Source: Microgenomates group bacterium
GTDB taxonomy: Bacteria; Patescibacteriota; Microgenomatia; Daviesbacterales; UBA10151
Length of the DNA stretch: 64,000 nt
NCBI GenBank assembly: GCA_041659805.1
Contig: JBAZXP010000001.1
Location: 448,589-512,588 of the forward strand
Direction: 5' to 3'
The first letter of the stretch is position 1. Every line of letters begins with the position of its first letter. The notes under the pieces are model-generated. The model saw only the letters and a list, made by a program, of their open reading frames with translations. It was not told where the DNA came from and ran no database searches. This document shows, piece after piece, positions 18,069-27,536 of this stretch. Position numbers and translations under genes: made by a program.

Positions 18069-20794
18069 TTAGGAAAATGACACTTTTTGTACTTTTTGCC
18101 ACTTCCACAATGACATGGATCATTTCTGCCTACTTTATGACGAGAGACTTGCTGCCCATCAGATCCTAAAGTTTGTTCAGAAACAATTTGGCCACCGCGT
18201 TCTATGGTAACCTTTGTTTCCCCACCTTCTGTTTCCAAAATCTCAGAGATTGGCTCTCCTTTTTTAACTTCTTTCTCTTCTTTTTCTTCTGTTTCAACAC
18301 CAATTTCTATTTCGGGATGTCTTTCTGTAACCTGAATTTGTGAAGGAGGTTCATTGCCCTGTACTGCAATTTTGTAGATCCTATGAACTATTTCATAATC
18401 AATATTTTTCATCATTTTTTCAAACAAATCAAAACCTTCTTTTTTATATTCAATCAAAGGATCGCGTTGCGCATAACCGCGTAATCCTATACCGGCTCTT
18501 AAATCATCCATTGTGTCTAAATGTTCTACCCAAAGGGTATCTATAGTATTTAAATAAACAAAAGTTTCCATTTGTCTAGTTGTTTCATATCCTGTTTGTT
18601 TTTCCTTTTCTTCATACAAATCACGGGCAAGTTTTGTTAAAAGAGCAGTGATATCTTCCACGGAATTAATTGAGGAGATTTGATTTTCCAGCGCTTTTTG
18701 AGAATTAGGATCAAAATTAATAATAGAAGAGTATTCTTCAACAATTTTTTTAGTGTCCAGCCCCTCGACTGTATTAATAGTAATAATATCTGAGACTGCC
18801 TGATCGATTTTTGATAAAAGATCAATTTTTAATTCATTACTGGCGTCACCTTTTAAATTAGCAGATGCTTCTAAAACTTTTTTCCTGACACCGTAAACGA
18901 TTTGGCGTTGTTGGTTCATGACATCATCGTATTCAACAGTGGTTTTCCTGATATCAAAATTATGTCCTTCAACTTTTTTCTGGGCTGATTCTATGGCTTT
19001 GGAAACCATGGCGTTTTCAATCGGCATATCTTCTGCCATTTTCAGAAAATCCATTACTTTGGAAACCTGTTCTCCGCCGAAAATCCTCATTAAATCATCT
19101 TCGAGTGACACATAAAAACGGGAAGCCCCCGGATCACCCTGACGCCCGGCTCTTCCCCTCAACTGATTATCAATCCGTCTTGATTCATGCCTTTCAGTTC
19201 CTATAACCATAAGTCCACCAGCTTTATTCGCATTAGCATCCAATTGAATATCAACACCTCTTCCTGCCATATTGGTAGCAACTGTCACTGCTCCTTTTTG
19301 TCCGGCTTTGGCGATAATTTCTGCTTCTTTTTCGTGATTTTTGGCGTTAAGTAAAGCATGTGAGATTCCTTTACGCTTTAAAAGTTCTGATAAAAATTCA
19401 TTTTTCTCAATGGAAGTTGTACCGATCAAAACAGGTTGACCAGATTTGTGTAGCTCTTCGACCTGGTTGGCAACAGCTGTATATTTGGCTGTGACTGTTT
19501 TATAAATAAAATCAGCTTCATCTTTTCTAACCAAAGGATTATTGGTAGGAATTACTACCACATCGAGTTTATAAATTTTATGGAATTCTTCTGCTTCTGT
19601 TTCTGCAGTTCCTGTCATACCGGCTAATTTTTCATACATCCTAAAATAATTTTGGAAAGAGATGGTGGCCATGGTTTGGGATTCCTGTTGAATTGTTACA
19701 TTTTCTTTGGCTTCAATTGCCTGATGTAATCCTTCTGAATATCTTCTGCCCGGCATCAGCCTTCCGGTAAATTCATCAACAATAATTACCTCGTCATTTT
19801 TAACGACATAATCACGGTCTTTTTGAAATAAGGCTCTCGCTTTTAAAGCTTCTTCGACATGATGCAGGGTAGAGAAGTCTTTTTCATATAAATTTTCAAC
19901 TCCCAGCATTTTTTCAATTTTTATTACACCATGATCAGTCAAGTTGGCAGTTTTTTGTTTTTCATCAATAATGTAATCTGTTTCAGCAGATAATTTATCG
20001 ATTATCTTGGCAAATTCATAATATTTTTTGGTTGGTTCTTGTGCAGGTCTTGAAATAATAAGAGGAGTTCTGGCTTCATCAATTAGAATAGAATCAACCT
20101 CATCAACCACAGCAAAGTAGTGACCTCTTTGCACCTGATCATTTAGAGAAAAAACCATATTATCCCGGAGATAATCGAATCCGAATTCATTATTGGTTCC
20201 ATAGGTGATATCAGCGGCATAAGCTTCTTTGCGTGTTATGGTGCGGAGATGCTTTAATCTCGGATCAGTGTGGTCTTGGTTAATGTACTTTTTATCAAAA
20301 ATAAAAGCTTGCTCGTGAATAATAACTGCAACGCTTGCTCCAAGTGTTGAGAAAACCGGTCCCATCCAGCCGCAGTCTCTTTGAGAAAGATAATCATTGA
20401 CTGTAACCAAATGGACTCCTTTTCCGGCTAAGGAGTTTAAGAATAGTGCAGGCACAGCAGATAAAGTTTTTCCTTCTCCTGTTTTTTGTTCTGCAATTTT
20501 TCCTTCATGTAAAGCGATTGCGGCAATCAGCTGCACATCAAAAAGTCTCATTTTTAAGGTTCTGAAACCGGCTTCTCTTACGGCTGCATAGACGTCTGGA
20601 AGCATTTCATGTAATTTTTCAGGAGACGGATTCTTTTGATAGATTTTTTTGAATTCTTCTGATTTTTGAGCAAGTTGTTTATCAGTTAATTTTTTGTATT
20701 TTTTTTCAAGTTGATTGATTGAATCAACTATTTTTTCATACCTCGATATTTCTTTTTGGTTAGAGTCTAAAAACTTTCCTAAAAAATTCAACAT
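18065..20794 (-). CDS. secA: Preprotein translocase ATPase SecA
   Basis: [58 protein letters not shown]-terminal SEC-C motif [18 protein letters not shown]. Confidence 0.98.
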   Translation of the reverse strand: MLNFLGKFLDSNQKEISRYEKIVDSINQLEKKYKKLTDKQLAQKSEEFKKIYQKNPSPEKLHEMLPDVYAAVREAGFRTLKMRLFDVQLIAAIALHEGKIAEQKTGEGKTLSAVPALFLNSLAGKGVHLVTVNDYLSQRDCGWMGPVFSTLGASVAVIIHEQAFIFDKKYINQDHTDPRLKHLRTITRKEAYAADITYGTNNEFGFDYLRDNMVFSLNDQVQRGHYFAVVDEVDSILIDEARTPLIISRPAQEPTKKYYEFAKIIDKLSAETDYIIDEKQKTANLTDHGVIKIEKMLGVENLYEKDFSTLHHVEEALKARALFQKDRDYVVKNDEVIIVDEFTGRLMPGRRYSEGLHQAIEAKENVTIQQESQTMATISFQNYFRMYEKLAGMTGTAETEAEEFHKIYKLDVVVIPTNNPLVRKDEADFIYKTVTAKYTAVANQVEELHKSGQPVLIGTTSIEKNEFLSELLKRKGISHALLNAKNHEKEAEIIAKAGQKGAVTVATNMAGRGVDIQLDANANKAGGLMVIGTERHESRRIDNQLRGRAGRQGDPGASRFYVSLEDDLMRIFGGEQVSKVMDFLKMAEDMPIENAMVSKAIESAQKKVEGHNFDIRKTTVEYDDVMNQQRQIVYGVRKKVLEASANLKGDASNELKIDLLSKIDQAVSDIITINTVEGLDTKKIVEEYSSIINFDPNSQKALENQISSINSVEDITALLTKLARDLYEEKEKQTGYETTRQMETFVYLNTIDTLWVEHLDTMDDLRAGIGLRGYAQRDPLIEYKKEGFDLFEKMMKNIDYEIVHRIYKIAVQGNEPPSQIQVTERHPEIEIGVETEEKEEKEVKKGEPISEILETEGGETKVTIERGGQIVSEQTLGSDGQQVSRHKVGRNDPCHCGSGKKYKKCHFPN

Positions 20795-20847
20795 AGGTTG
20801 TATTAACTTGGTTATTATAAGGAAAACAGGCTAAAATATCTATAGAC

Positions 20848-20876
20848 TTGACTTTAAGTGTGGGTTTTTCTACACT
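20848..20876 (+). promoter_or_regulatory. Sigma70-type promoter
   Basis: TTGACT-17-TACACT, 21 nt before ATG 20898. Confidence 0.6.
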
Positions 20877-20897
20877 AAGATAAGTTAAAAACTGCCC

Positions 20898-21770
20898 ATG
20901 GACCAAGGAAATACTGACCCAAATAATCCAGCTCCGACATTTCCACAACAACCTGTTGTTGGTGGGGAAACAGCTGCGCCTGTAGCTCCTGCTGAAACAC
21001 CAACTCCTCCTGTAGACCAATTTATGGCTGCTCCTGCAGCACCTACACCAGCAGATACTTCTGCTGCAGCTCCTGTGGCAGATGCTCCTGCAAATCCTTG
21101 GGGGGCTCCAACAACACCTACTGCTGAAGCTCCAGTTCCTGCTCCGACGGATGCAACACCACCTCAACCAAGTGTGTTCGGAGGGAGTGCTTCTGCCCTG
21201 GAAGCTGCTCCTGCTGCAGTTCCTGATCCTGCTCAACCAACAGCTTTTAATCCTTTTGCAACTCCTACAGCAGAAGCTGCTCCTGCTTCAACAACTACCG
21301 GCACTGAGGCTGTTCCGACAGACTTAAGCAGCTTGGCAGGTAATTCATCTGAAGCTACTAATTACGTCCCCCCAGCAGAAGCTCCTGTACCCACAGCTCA
21401 ACCTGAATCTTTGGTAACATCAGCACCCGCAGCAGGTGAAGCGTCTCAAGCAGTTACATCAACCGGTGGGGGTGGTTTCCCAAAGATTATATACATAATT
21501 GGTGGAGTAGTATTATTGGTTGTAATTGCAGCATCCGCATATTTTATCTTTGGAGTAGGTAAACCTACTGAGACTTCAACAACAACTTCAGTTCCTGCGA
21601 CTCAAGAACCGGCAACGGCTCCTGCTACTTTTATTCCTCCTCCTGCATCATCACCGTCGTCTGCTTTGCCGGGAAGTACTTCAACTAGTGCTGCAACTCC
21701 AGCAACTGGAGGGTCAGCCTATGATTTATTAAAACAAAGACAATCTGCAACAGGATCAGCTAATCCATAA
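20898..21770 (+). CDS. Pro/Ala/Thr-rich single-pass membrane protein
   Basis: About 195-aa low-complexity acidic N-terminus, one TM (IIYIIGGVVLLVVIAASAYFIF), Thr/Ser/Pro-rich C-terminus. Confidence 0.85.
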   Translation: MDQGNTDPNNPAPTFPQQPVVGGETAAPVAPAETPTPPVDQFMAAPAAPTPADTSAAAPVADAPANPWGAPTTPTAEAPVPAPTDATPPQPSVFGGSASALEAAPAAVPDPAQPTAFNPFATPTAEAAPASTTTGTEAVPTDLSSLAGNSSEATNYVPPAEAPVPTAQPESLVTSAPAAGEASQAVTSTGGGGFPKIIYIIGGVVLLVVIAASAYFIFGVGKPTETSTTTSVPATQEPATAPATFIPPPASSPSSALPGSTSTSAATPATGGSAYDLLKQRQSATGSANP

Positions 21771-22188
21771 GAGTAATTTGACGTGAATCTTCTGTAAGGT
21801 ATTCCAACTCTATTTTTATAATTTTATTTTTAGGTAAATTAGTTATTTTATCTGCCCATTCAATGAGAAAAATATTCTTAGGATTTACAAAAAGATCTGT
21901 TAGTCCTAGGTTATTGATTTGTTGCATGCCTTCCAACCTATAAAGATCAAGGTGATATAGTCTGGCATCAACCTTGTTGGGTATAACGTATTCTCTCATT
22001 AAAACAAAAGTAGGGGAGAGGATTTTAGATTTTATCCCTAAGGCTTTAGCAAAACCTTGGACAAAAGTTGTTTTTCCTGCACCCAAGGGGCCAGTTAAGG
22101 TAATAATTGCGCCATTTTGAAATTTTTGGGCCAAATCTGAGGCTAATTTTTGTGTACTTTCGGCTGAATTTGTAATATATTTTTTCAT
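21760..22188 (-). CDS. tsaE: tRNA t6A37 biosynthesis ATPase TsaE
   Basis: GPLGAGKTTF, SPTFVL, HLDLYRL, IEWAD. Start re-called to ATG 22188 (TATAAT-N6-ATG). Confidence 0.95.
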   Translation of the reverse strand: MKKYITNSAESTQKLASDLAQKFQNGAIITLTGPLGAGKTTFVQGFAKALGIKSKILSPTFVLMREYVIPNKVDARLYHLDLYRLEGMQQINNLGLTDLFVNPKNIFLIEWADKITNLPKNKIIKIELEYLTEDSRQITLMD

Positions 22189-22194
22189 CTTAAG

Positions 22195-22200
22195 ATTATA
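22195..22200 (-). promoter_or_regulatory. Perfect TATAAT 6 nt before the tsaE ATG, overlapping the upstream gene's stop codon
   Basis: Minus strand TATAAT-cttaag-ATG. Confidence 0.6.
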
Positions 22201-23017
22201 TCCCTTTAAATTTGCCTTTGGCAACAAAAGTAAAAACTAAAACCCCTGAAAGAATTAAAATAACCCCTCCTGCAATAAAGATTAAATTCATAAAAGAAAA
22301 TCCGTTTTCTTCCGGTTTTGTGGGTGACGGCGTGGGGCTGGCAGAGGAGGTGGACGAGCCTAAAATAGATGATGGCAAAATTAGATTTGTACCTGACGGA
22401 GACGCTGCATTTTGGGGAGTAGATTTAGTTGGAGTAGAAGTTGGTTTTTTAGTAGGTGTTGAAGTTTTAGTAGGCGTTGGGGTTTTTGTGGGCGTTGGTG
22501 TGGAAGTTGGGGTTTGAGTAGGGGTTGGCGTTTGTGTAGGAGTTGGAGTTTCTGTGGGGGTGGGGGAGGGAACTATGGTTGAAGAATTATTAGAGGATCC
22601 TTTTGAAGGTGAAGAGAAAATAACCCATTCCCCTCCCCCATCAGTTTTACGCCCGGCGGACTGTCCGGAATTTGGCGCAGAAATATCTTTGGAATCTCCG
22701 TAAATAATTTGATCAATTATTTCTCCGGTAGCAGTTGCAACTAATTTAATTGTATCCCCGCCGTTATTCAGTCTATTCGACCAATCAATGGTGCAAAAAT
22801 TTCCACTACAAGTTGCAGTAGATAAGAGTTTAGGATTAGTTCCAAGTGCATCAACTAATTGATAAAGTGAAGTATCAACACTGTCAAAATAAATTTCTAC
22901 CCAATCAGGGTCTCCCATCGAATAAAATTCATTTATTTTAATAGTGCCCGCAAAAACTGGTGAGAAAATAAAAAGAAAACAGAAGATGGATAAAAAAGTT
23001 ACAATAAACTTCTTCAC
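22196..23017 (-). CDS. Surface protein: signal peptide, lamin-tail-like domain, Pro/Thr stalk, C-terminal TM
   Basis: IKINEF...DWVEIY...LNNGGDTIKL...DG..W...SPSKG.SN pattern, PT repeats, hydrophobic C-terminus. Confidence 0.8.
   Translation of the reverse strand: MKKFIVTFLSIFCFLFIFSPVFAGTIKINEFYSMGDPDWVEIYFDSVDTSLYQLVDALGTNPKLLSTATCSGNFCTIDWSNRLNNGGDTIKLVATATGEIIDQIIYGDSKDISAPNSGQSAGRKTDGGGEWVIFSSPSKGSSNNSSTIVPSPTPTETPTPTQTPTPTQTPTSTPTPTKTPTPTKTSTPTKKPTSTPTKSTPQNAASPSGTNLILPSSILGSSTSSASPTPSPTKPEENGFSFMNLIFIAGGVILILSGVLVFTFVAKGKFKGI
22422..22570 (-). repeat. Coding tandem repeat with a degenerate 18-bp (6-aa, TPTxTP-type) unit
   Basis: PSPTPTETPTPTQTPTPTQTPTSTPTPTKTPTPTKTSTPTKKPTSTPTK, with diversified codons. 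Confidence 0.8.
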
Positions 23018-23040
23018 TTACTTTATAGTAGCACAGAGGT

Positions 23041-24255
23041 TTAAAGTATGTGCCAGTAGAGAGTGACTATGCCATTTTGGTGATCAATAATTAGGCCTTT
23101 TCCTGTAGGGCTTCCTCCTGACATCATGTCTGGTGAGCAGGTTGCCTTCATAAAACAATCACAAGTGGCGGATGTTCTATAAGCAATGCCATTGTCTGCA
23201 GCATAAATAGGTCTTCCGAAAAATATTCCGTCTTTGGGTACAATGTCTAAGCCCCAATGGTCTGAATGATAACCTAAAACCTCATAAGTATCGCCATACT
23301 CAGTAGTTATAGTTGTTTCAGCAGGGAAGCCCTGGAGTGGTGGACTGAGTTTTCCGCTGTCCAGATATTTATGCGGATTAACTCTGGTTCCGATAATTCT
23401 TCCTCCCTCTACCTTGGCATTTTCAAATACTTCAAAGTGTAAATGTGGACCTGTTGAACAACCGGTGCTTCCCATTGAGGCGACTAGCTGACCCTTGGTG
23501 ACAGGTCCGACAGTTGGCCCAACATTGGAAATGGCCTGGGCAATAGAATCCTGTTCTGCTTTAAGTTGAACAAGTAAACTTTGGTACACTTTTTCATTGT
23601 TTTTGGTTATTGTAAGCAACTGGCTTTTGGCTTTTTCCTGTTCGTCTAATTGATTTTGATAATTGATCAGGTCTTTTTTTAATTTTTCTGCCTGCTGTTG
23701 ACGTGACTCCTTATCAACTTTTTGGTCATTGTAGGTGGCTTTTGTTGCCTGGAGTTGATATAAAACTTTTTTATCATTGGCCTGGGCAACGGATATATAT
23801 TTTGTCCTGTTAAAAAAATCAGCAAAACCATTGGATGAAAAGAAAAAATCAAAGGCGGAACGACTTCCTTGTTTATAAGTCTGAACAATTCTATTAAGTA
23901 GAACCTGGCTAATAGAATTAAGAGATGAGGAAAGATTAGTAATTCTTATTGATAAGTCACTAATCTCTTTTTCCAGTTTGGCAATTTGGGTGTTTGTTTC
24001 ATCAATTTTTAACTGAGTGAATTTAGTTTTTGAATCAATAAAATTAAGCTGAGACTGCAGAGTTTTATCTTTTTGTTGCTCTTCATTTAAAAGTGCCTGA
24101 CACTGAGCAGTTAAATCAGAAATACAATTATATTTTTTGGTTAAATCTGAATCTGTACACGTAGAGCTGTCATCGCAATTTTGTGCCAAAACAATATTGG
24201 GAGTTAGAAATATAAAGAAGAGGATAAAAATAAAAAAAGTGCGGCAAATCTTCAT
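23041..24255 (-). CDS. Secreted coiled-coil protein with a circularly permuted M23 metallopeptidase domain
   Basis: Signal peptide and PcsB/EnvC-like coiled coil. GSTGCSTGPHLHFEV...VNP precedes HWGLD...IYAADNG...LIIDHQNGIVTLYWHIL-stop. Confidence 0.85.
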   Translation of the reverse strand: MKICRTFFIFILFFIFLTPNIVLAQNCDDSSTCTDSDLTKKYNCISDLTAQCQALLNEEQQKDKTLQSQLNFIDSKTKFTQLKIDETNTQIAKLEKEISDLSIRITNLSSSLNSISQVLLNRIVQTYKQGSRSAFDFFFSSNGFADFFNRTKYISVAQANDKKVLYQLQATKATYNDQKVDKESRQQQAEKLKKDLINYQNQLDEQEKAKSQLLTITKNNEKVYQSLLVQLKAEQDSIAQAISNVGPTVGPVTKGQLVASMGSTGCSTGPHLHFEVFENAKVEGGRIIGTRVNPHKYLDSGKLSPPLQGFPAETTITTEYGDTYEVLGYHSDHWGLDIVPKDGIFFGRPIYAADNGIAYRTSATCDCFMKATCSPDMMSGGSPTGKGLIIDHQNGIVTLYWHIL

Positions 24256-24277
24256 AAATTTTTAAAACTCGCTACTG

Positions 24278-25504
24278 TTAAAAATTTACCTTATCTATCT
24301 CTGAAATACTATTGAGTGAATATTGGTCTGTAAAATTGATGTTGTGACCGTTGGGTGTGAATGGATCGTTCATTTTATAGTTACCGTTTGATCCGCTAAT
24401 AATAACCATAAAATGAGCAGGTCCTCTGCCTATACCGACAATAACCGGTCGGCCTGCAGAAAGCTCACTATCCAACTCTCCCCTGATTCTTTCTGACGTT
24501 GTCCCGTCAGCAACGATGACTTTATTTAAATAAGCAGGGAAGTATGAAGCAAAATTATTAGGATTAGAATTAATTGTTGTGGGCGTCACCCCTCTGTGGC
24601 CGTAGTGGGTGTAGATCATGGCCATGGATGTTACCAGACAACCGTCGCTTGCGAGTGTATATGATGTTCCATTGAGCGGTAGACCGCCCCATTTTGTATC
24701 CCGTTGATTATAATAACATCCCTTCCACCCGTCATCACAAACTGTCTGATTACTTAAGGGTGTTGCACCTCCTAAAGAAGCAGTAAAGCTGGAAAAAGCT
24801 GCGAGTTGTTCCTGTGCATGGGACAATAATCTTTGGTAAGTTACTTCGTCATTTTGAGTATCTTTTAGGAGTTTATCTTTTGCTTTTTTCTGATCTACCA
24901 GTTGGATCTGATAAGCGTTTAAATCTTTTTTTAATTTTTCTTGTTGTGCTTGTCTTGTTTTTTTGTCTACTTTCTGATCATTGTATGTTGTTTTTGTGGC
25001 CTGCAGTTGGTACAAAACTTTTTTATCATTGGCCTGGGCCACGGATATATATTTAACCTTTCCGATTAAATCAGAGAAACCATGAGAAGAAAAGAACAGA
25101 TCAATTGCAGAATAATTGCCGTATTTATATGTTTCAACGATCCGGTTTAAAAGCACCTGGCTTAGATCATCAACAGTGGCAGATAAACGTACAATTCTGG
25201 TATCTAAATCAACAATTTCATGATCTAATTTTGCAATCTGATTTTCAGCTTCTGCAATTTTTAATTCTGTAACTTTTGCCTGTGTATCAATAAAGTTGAG
25301 CTGTGACTTTAAAGTTTTTTCCTGTCCCTGGGCATCTCTTAATTGTTTTTGATATTTTGCAATTAAATCATTTAAACAGACTGATTTTTTATCATCAGGA
25401 ACATTATTACAGTTATCTTCTTCTGCAAAAACAGGTTGGGTAAGAAAAACAGAGGTTGTTAAAAGAAGTGTTAAAAACATGAGAAAAATTGCTGCTTTTT
25501 TCAT
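24278..25504 (-). CDS. Secreted coiled-coil protein with a C39-like (papain-fold) peptidase domain
   Basis: Signal peptide; coiled coil paralogous to 23041-24255; YYNQRD..W, GCLVTSMAM, HFMVI, MNDP (Q/C/H/D set). Confidence 0.8.
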   Translation of the reverse strand: MKKAAIFLMFLTLLLTTSVFLTQPVFAEEDNCNNVPDDKKSVCLNDLIAKYQKQLRDAQGQEKTLKSQLNFIDTQAKVTELKIAEAENQIAKLDHEIVDLDTRIVRLSATVDDLSQVLLNRIVETYKYGNYSAIDLFFSSHGFSDLIGKVKYISVAQANDKKVLYQLQATKTTYNDQKVDKKTRQAQQEKLKKDLNAYQIQLVDQKKAKDKLLKDTQNDEVTYQRLLSHAQEQLAAFSSFTASLGGATPLSNQTVCDDGWKGCYYNQRDTKWGGLPLNGTSYTLASDGCLVTSMAMIYTHYGHRGVTPTTINSNPNNFASYFPAYLNKVIVADGTTSERIRGELDSELSAGRPVIVGIGRGPAHFMVIISGSNGNYKMNDPFTPNGHNINFTDQYSLNSISEIDKVNF

Positions 25505-25510
25505 CTAAAT

Positions 25511-26386
25511 TTAGATATGTAAATAACGGCGGACAGCAATGAATGAGCCGATTGCTCCGACAAGTGCTGCGACCAGAAGGTTTGACAATAAAAATAGCAG
25601 CATAACAATTATCGGAATAGGGAATATCACTGCAGCAACTTCTCCTAAATTGTTTAAAAGTAGCGGCTCAAAATACCACAGAATCGCAAAACTGGTCAGC
25701 CATCCGAGGAACGCACCCATGGTGGCATAAAAAATACCTTCAAGCAAAAAAGGCAATCTGATAAACCAATTTGATGCTCCCAAAAGTTTCATAGTTTCTA
25801 TCTCATCTCTTTTTATCCTGATTTTAAATCCAATAATCATCACTGTAATTAAAATTGAGAATGAAATTAGAAATAACACGACAGCTCCACCTACTACTCT
25901 GATTAAACGGGTTGCAGAGCTTAAAGAAGCCACAACATCTTCCGGGAAAACCACCTCTTCCACCACAGGTTCTTTTTTAACAATGTCAGCAATTGGTTTT
26001 AAATCTTCCGGAGTGTATGTTGAAATCTCGAGGGACGCAGGAAGGATATTGGCTGTAACGAGTTCCAATAGCATTGGGTTGGCTTTATTGCGGTCACGGT
26101 AAATTTGCAAGGCGTCTTCTTTGGAAACATACTTAAATTTGGCAATTTTCCCTGTTTTTTCCAAAGCATTTTGTATTGCTTTAACGTCATTAATTGTGGT
26201 TCCGTCTTTGAAAAAAGCTATAGCCTGAGGTTTACTTTCGTAATAATTTAAGATTTGCTGGGAACCTGTGGCAAGCAGTAAAAAGCTGGAAAGAACCAAA
26301 AAGGTTAAAAACATTACCATTAAAGCAGCTAATGCCTGATATGGAGTTCTTCTGATGTTTCTTCTTGTGAGTGTAAAAAAGTTCAT
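25511..26386 (-). CDS. ftsX: Cell division permease FtsX
   Basis: YVSKEDAL, LPASLEI, EIETMKLLGASNWFIRLPFLLEG; follows ftsE. Confidence 0.95.
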   Translation of the reverse strand: MNFFTLTRRNIRRTPYQALAALMVMFLTFLVLSSFLLLATGSQQILNYYESKPQAIAFFKDGTTINDVKAIQNALEKTGKIAKFKYVSKEDALQIYRDRNKANPMLLELVTANILPASLEISTYTPEDLKPIADIVKKEPVVEEVVFPEDVVASLSSATRLIRVVGGAVVLFLISFSILITVMIIGFKIRIKRDEIETMKLLGASNWFIRLPFLLEGIFYATMGAFLGWLTSFAILWYFEPLLLNNLGEVAAVIFPIPIIVMLLFLLSNLLVAALVGAIGSFIAVRRYLHI

Positions 26387-26389
26387 AGA

Positions 26390-27070
26390 TTAATGAGAAT
26401 AACCTCCTCCTTTGATATCTTTTATAATTTTACCGCCTTTTAAAGATACCACCCTTCTTTTTTGAGTATCAACAATTTCTTTGTTGTGGGTGGCCATAAG
26501 TACTGTAGTTCCCCAGGAATTAATTTCAATCAGAAGCTGTAAAACTGACCAGGCAGTTTCAGGATCCAAATCTCCTGTCGGCTCATCTGCCAGTAAAATT
26601 TCCGGTTTGCCGATAATCGCCCGGGCAATAGCTGTGCGTTGAGCCTCTCCTCCGGAAAGTTGTCTGGGAAAAAGATTCCGTCTGCCCCAGATATCAAAAA
26701 GCTTTAAGGTTCTTTCTACTTCTTTAGCAATTTCTACGTCACTTACTCCTCTAACATGTAGAGGAAGGGCAACATTTTCTAAAACAGTTCTATCATCCAG
26801 TAACTTAAAATCCTGGAATACAAAACCGACCTTTCGTCGGTAAAAGGGGACTTCACCGGATTTGAGTTTGGAAATATCCTGATTATCAACTAAAATTTTG
26901 CCTGTGGTGGGTAAATATTCACGGGCAAGAAGTCTTAGCAATGTGGATTTACCGGCGCCGGATGGCCCTACAAGGAAAACAAATTCACCGTTTTCTATAT
27001 TAAGATTAATATCTTCCAGGGCTGTGATATTTGTCGTAAATTTTTTTGTGACATTTTGAAATGAAACCAT
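26390..27070 (-). CDS. ftsE: Cell division ATP-binding protein FtsE
   Basis: GPSGAGKST, VFQDFKLL, LSGGE, LADEPTGDLD, ATH. Confidence 0.95.
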   Translation of the reverse strand: MVSFQNVTKKFTTNITALEDINLNIENGEFVFLVGPSGAGKSTLLRLLAREYLPTTGKILVDNQDISKLKSGEVPFYRRKVGFVFQDFKLLDDRTVLENVALPLHVRGVSDVEIAKEVERTLKLFDIWGRRNLFPRQLSGGEAQRTAIARAIIGKPEILLADEPTGDLDPETAWSVLQLLIEINSWGTTVLMATHNKEIVDTQKRRVVSLKGGKIIKDIKGGGYSH

Positions 27071-27085
27071 ATTATTAGGGGCGAG

Positions 27086-27520
27086 TTATTGTAACTCTAC
27101 TTTACCTACATCCATTAACCAACCTTCTTTCATAGCTTTTTGTGTTTCCCCAAAAACTTTAACCTTTTTGCCTTCGTATTGGCTGAGGTCAACAACTGAT
27201 GAAGTTAAGGCAACAGGGGTTGCTCCGATTCTGATAAGTAGATGTGTGCCTTCTACATAATCATTAGGCTTTTTGGGTGCCACCTGTTTTTGAATGGTTC
27301 CTTCTGCAAAATCGCGGAATGTTTTGGAATCCTGGCTGGCTACTTTGGCTTGGATGGTTGAGCCTTGCGTGGCAGCTTGCTGGCTGGTTTTACCTGAGTT
27401 TGATATTAAATAACCTGCAACTATTCCGAGTACAACAGAAGCTATTAATACACCCAAAAATATTTTGTTGATATTGTCTACTTTCAGATATTTTAAAGGA
27501 GTATTGGCAGTCAGTTCCAT
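27086..27520 (-). CDS. Hypothetical membrane-anchored protein heading the ftsEX unit
   Basis: One N-terminal TM, small beta-rich C-domain (DLSQYEGKKVKVFG); TAGAAT-N6-ATG upstream. Confidence 0.75.
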   Translation of the reverse strand: MELTANTPLKYLKVDNINKIFLGVLIASVVLGIVAGYLISNSGKTSQQAATQGSTIQAKVASQDSKTFRDFAEGTIQKQVAPKKPNDYVEGTHLLIRIGATPVALTSSVVDLSQYEGKKVKVFGETQKAMKEGWLMDVGKVELQ

Positions 27521-27536
27521 TAATCTATTCTACAAG

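Noticed and set aside
20760-21236. 158-aa Cys/Arg/Ser/Trp-rich ORF on the minus strand
   Set aside because: Antisense shadow of the GCT/CCT/CCA-rich Pro-Ala gene at 20898; it also overlaps the secA start.
22212-22517. Val-Gly repeat ORF on the plus strand
   Set aside because: Reverse complement of the Pro-Thr repeat.
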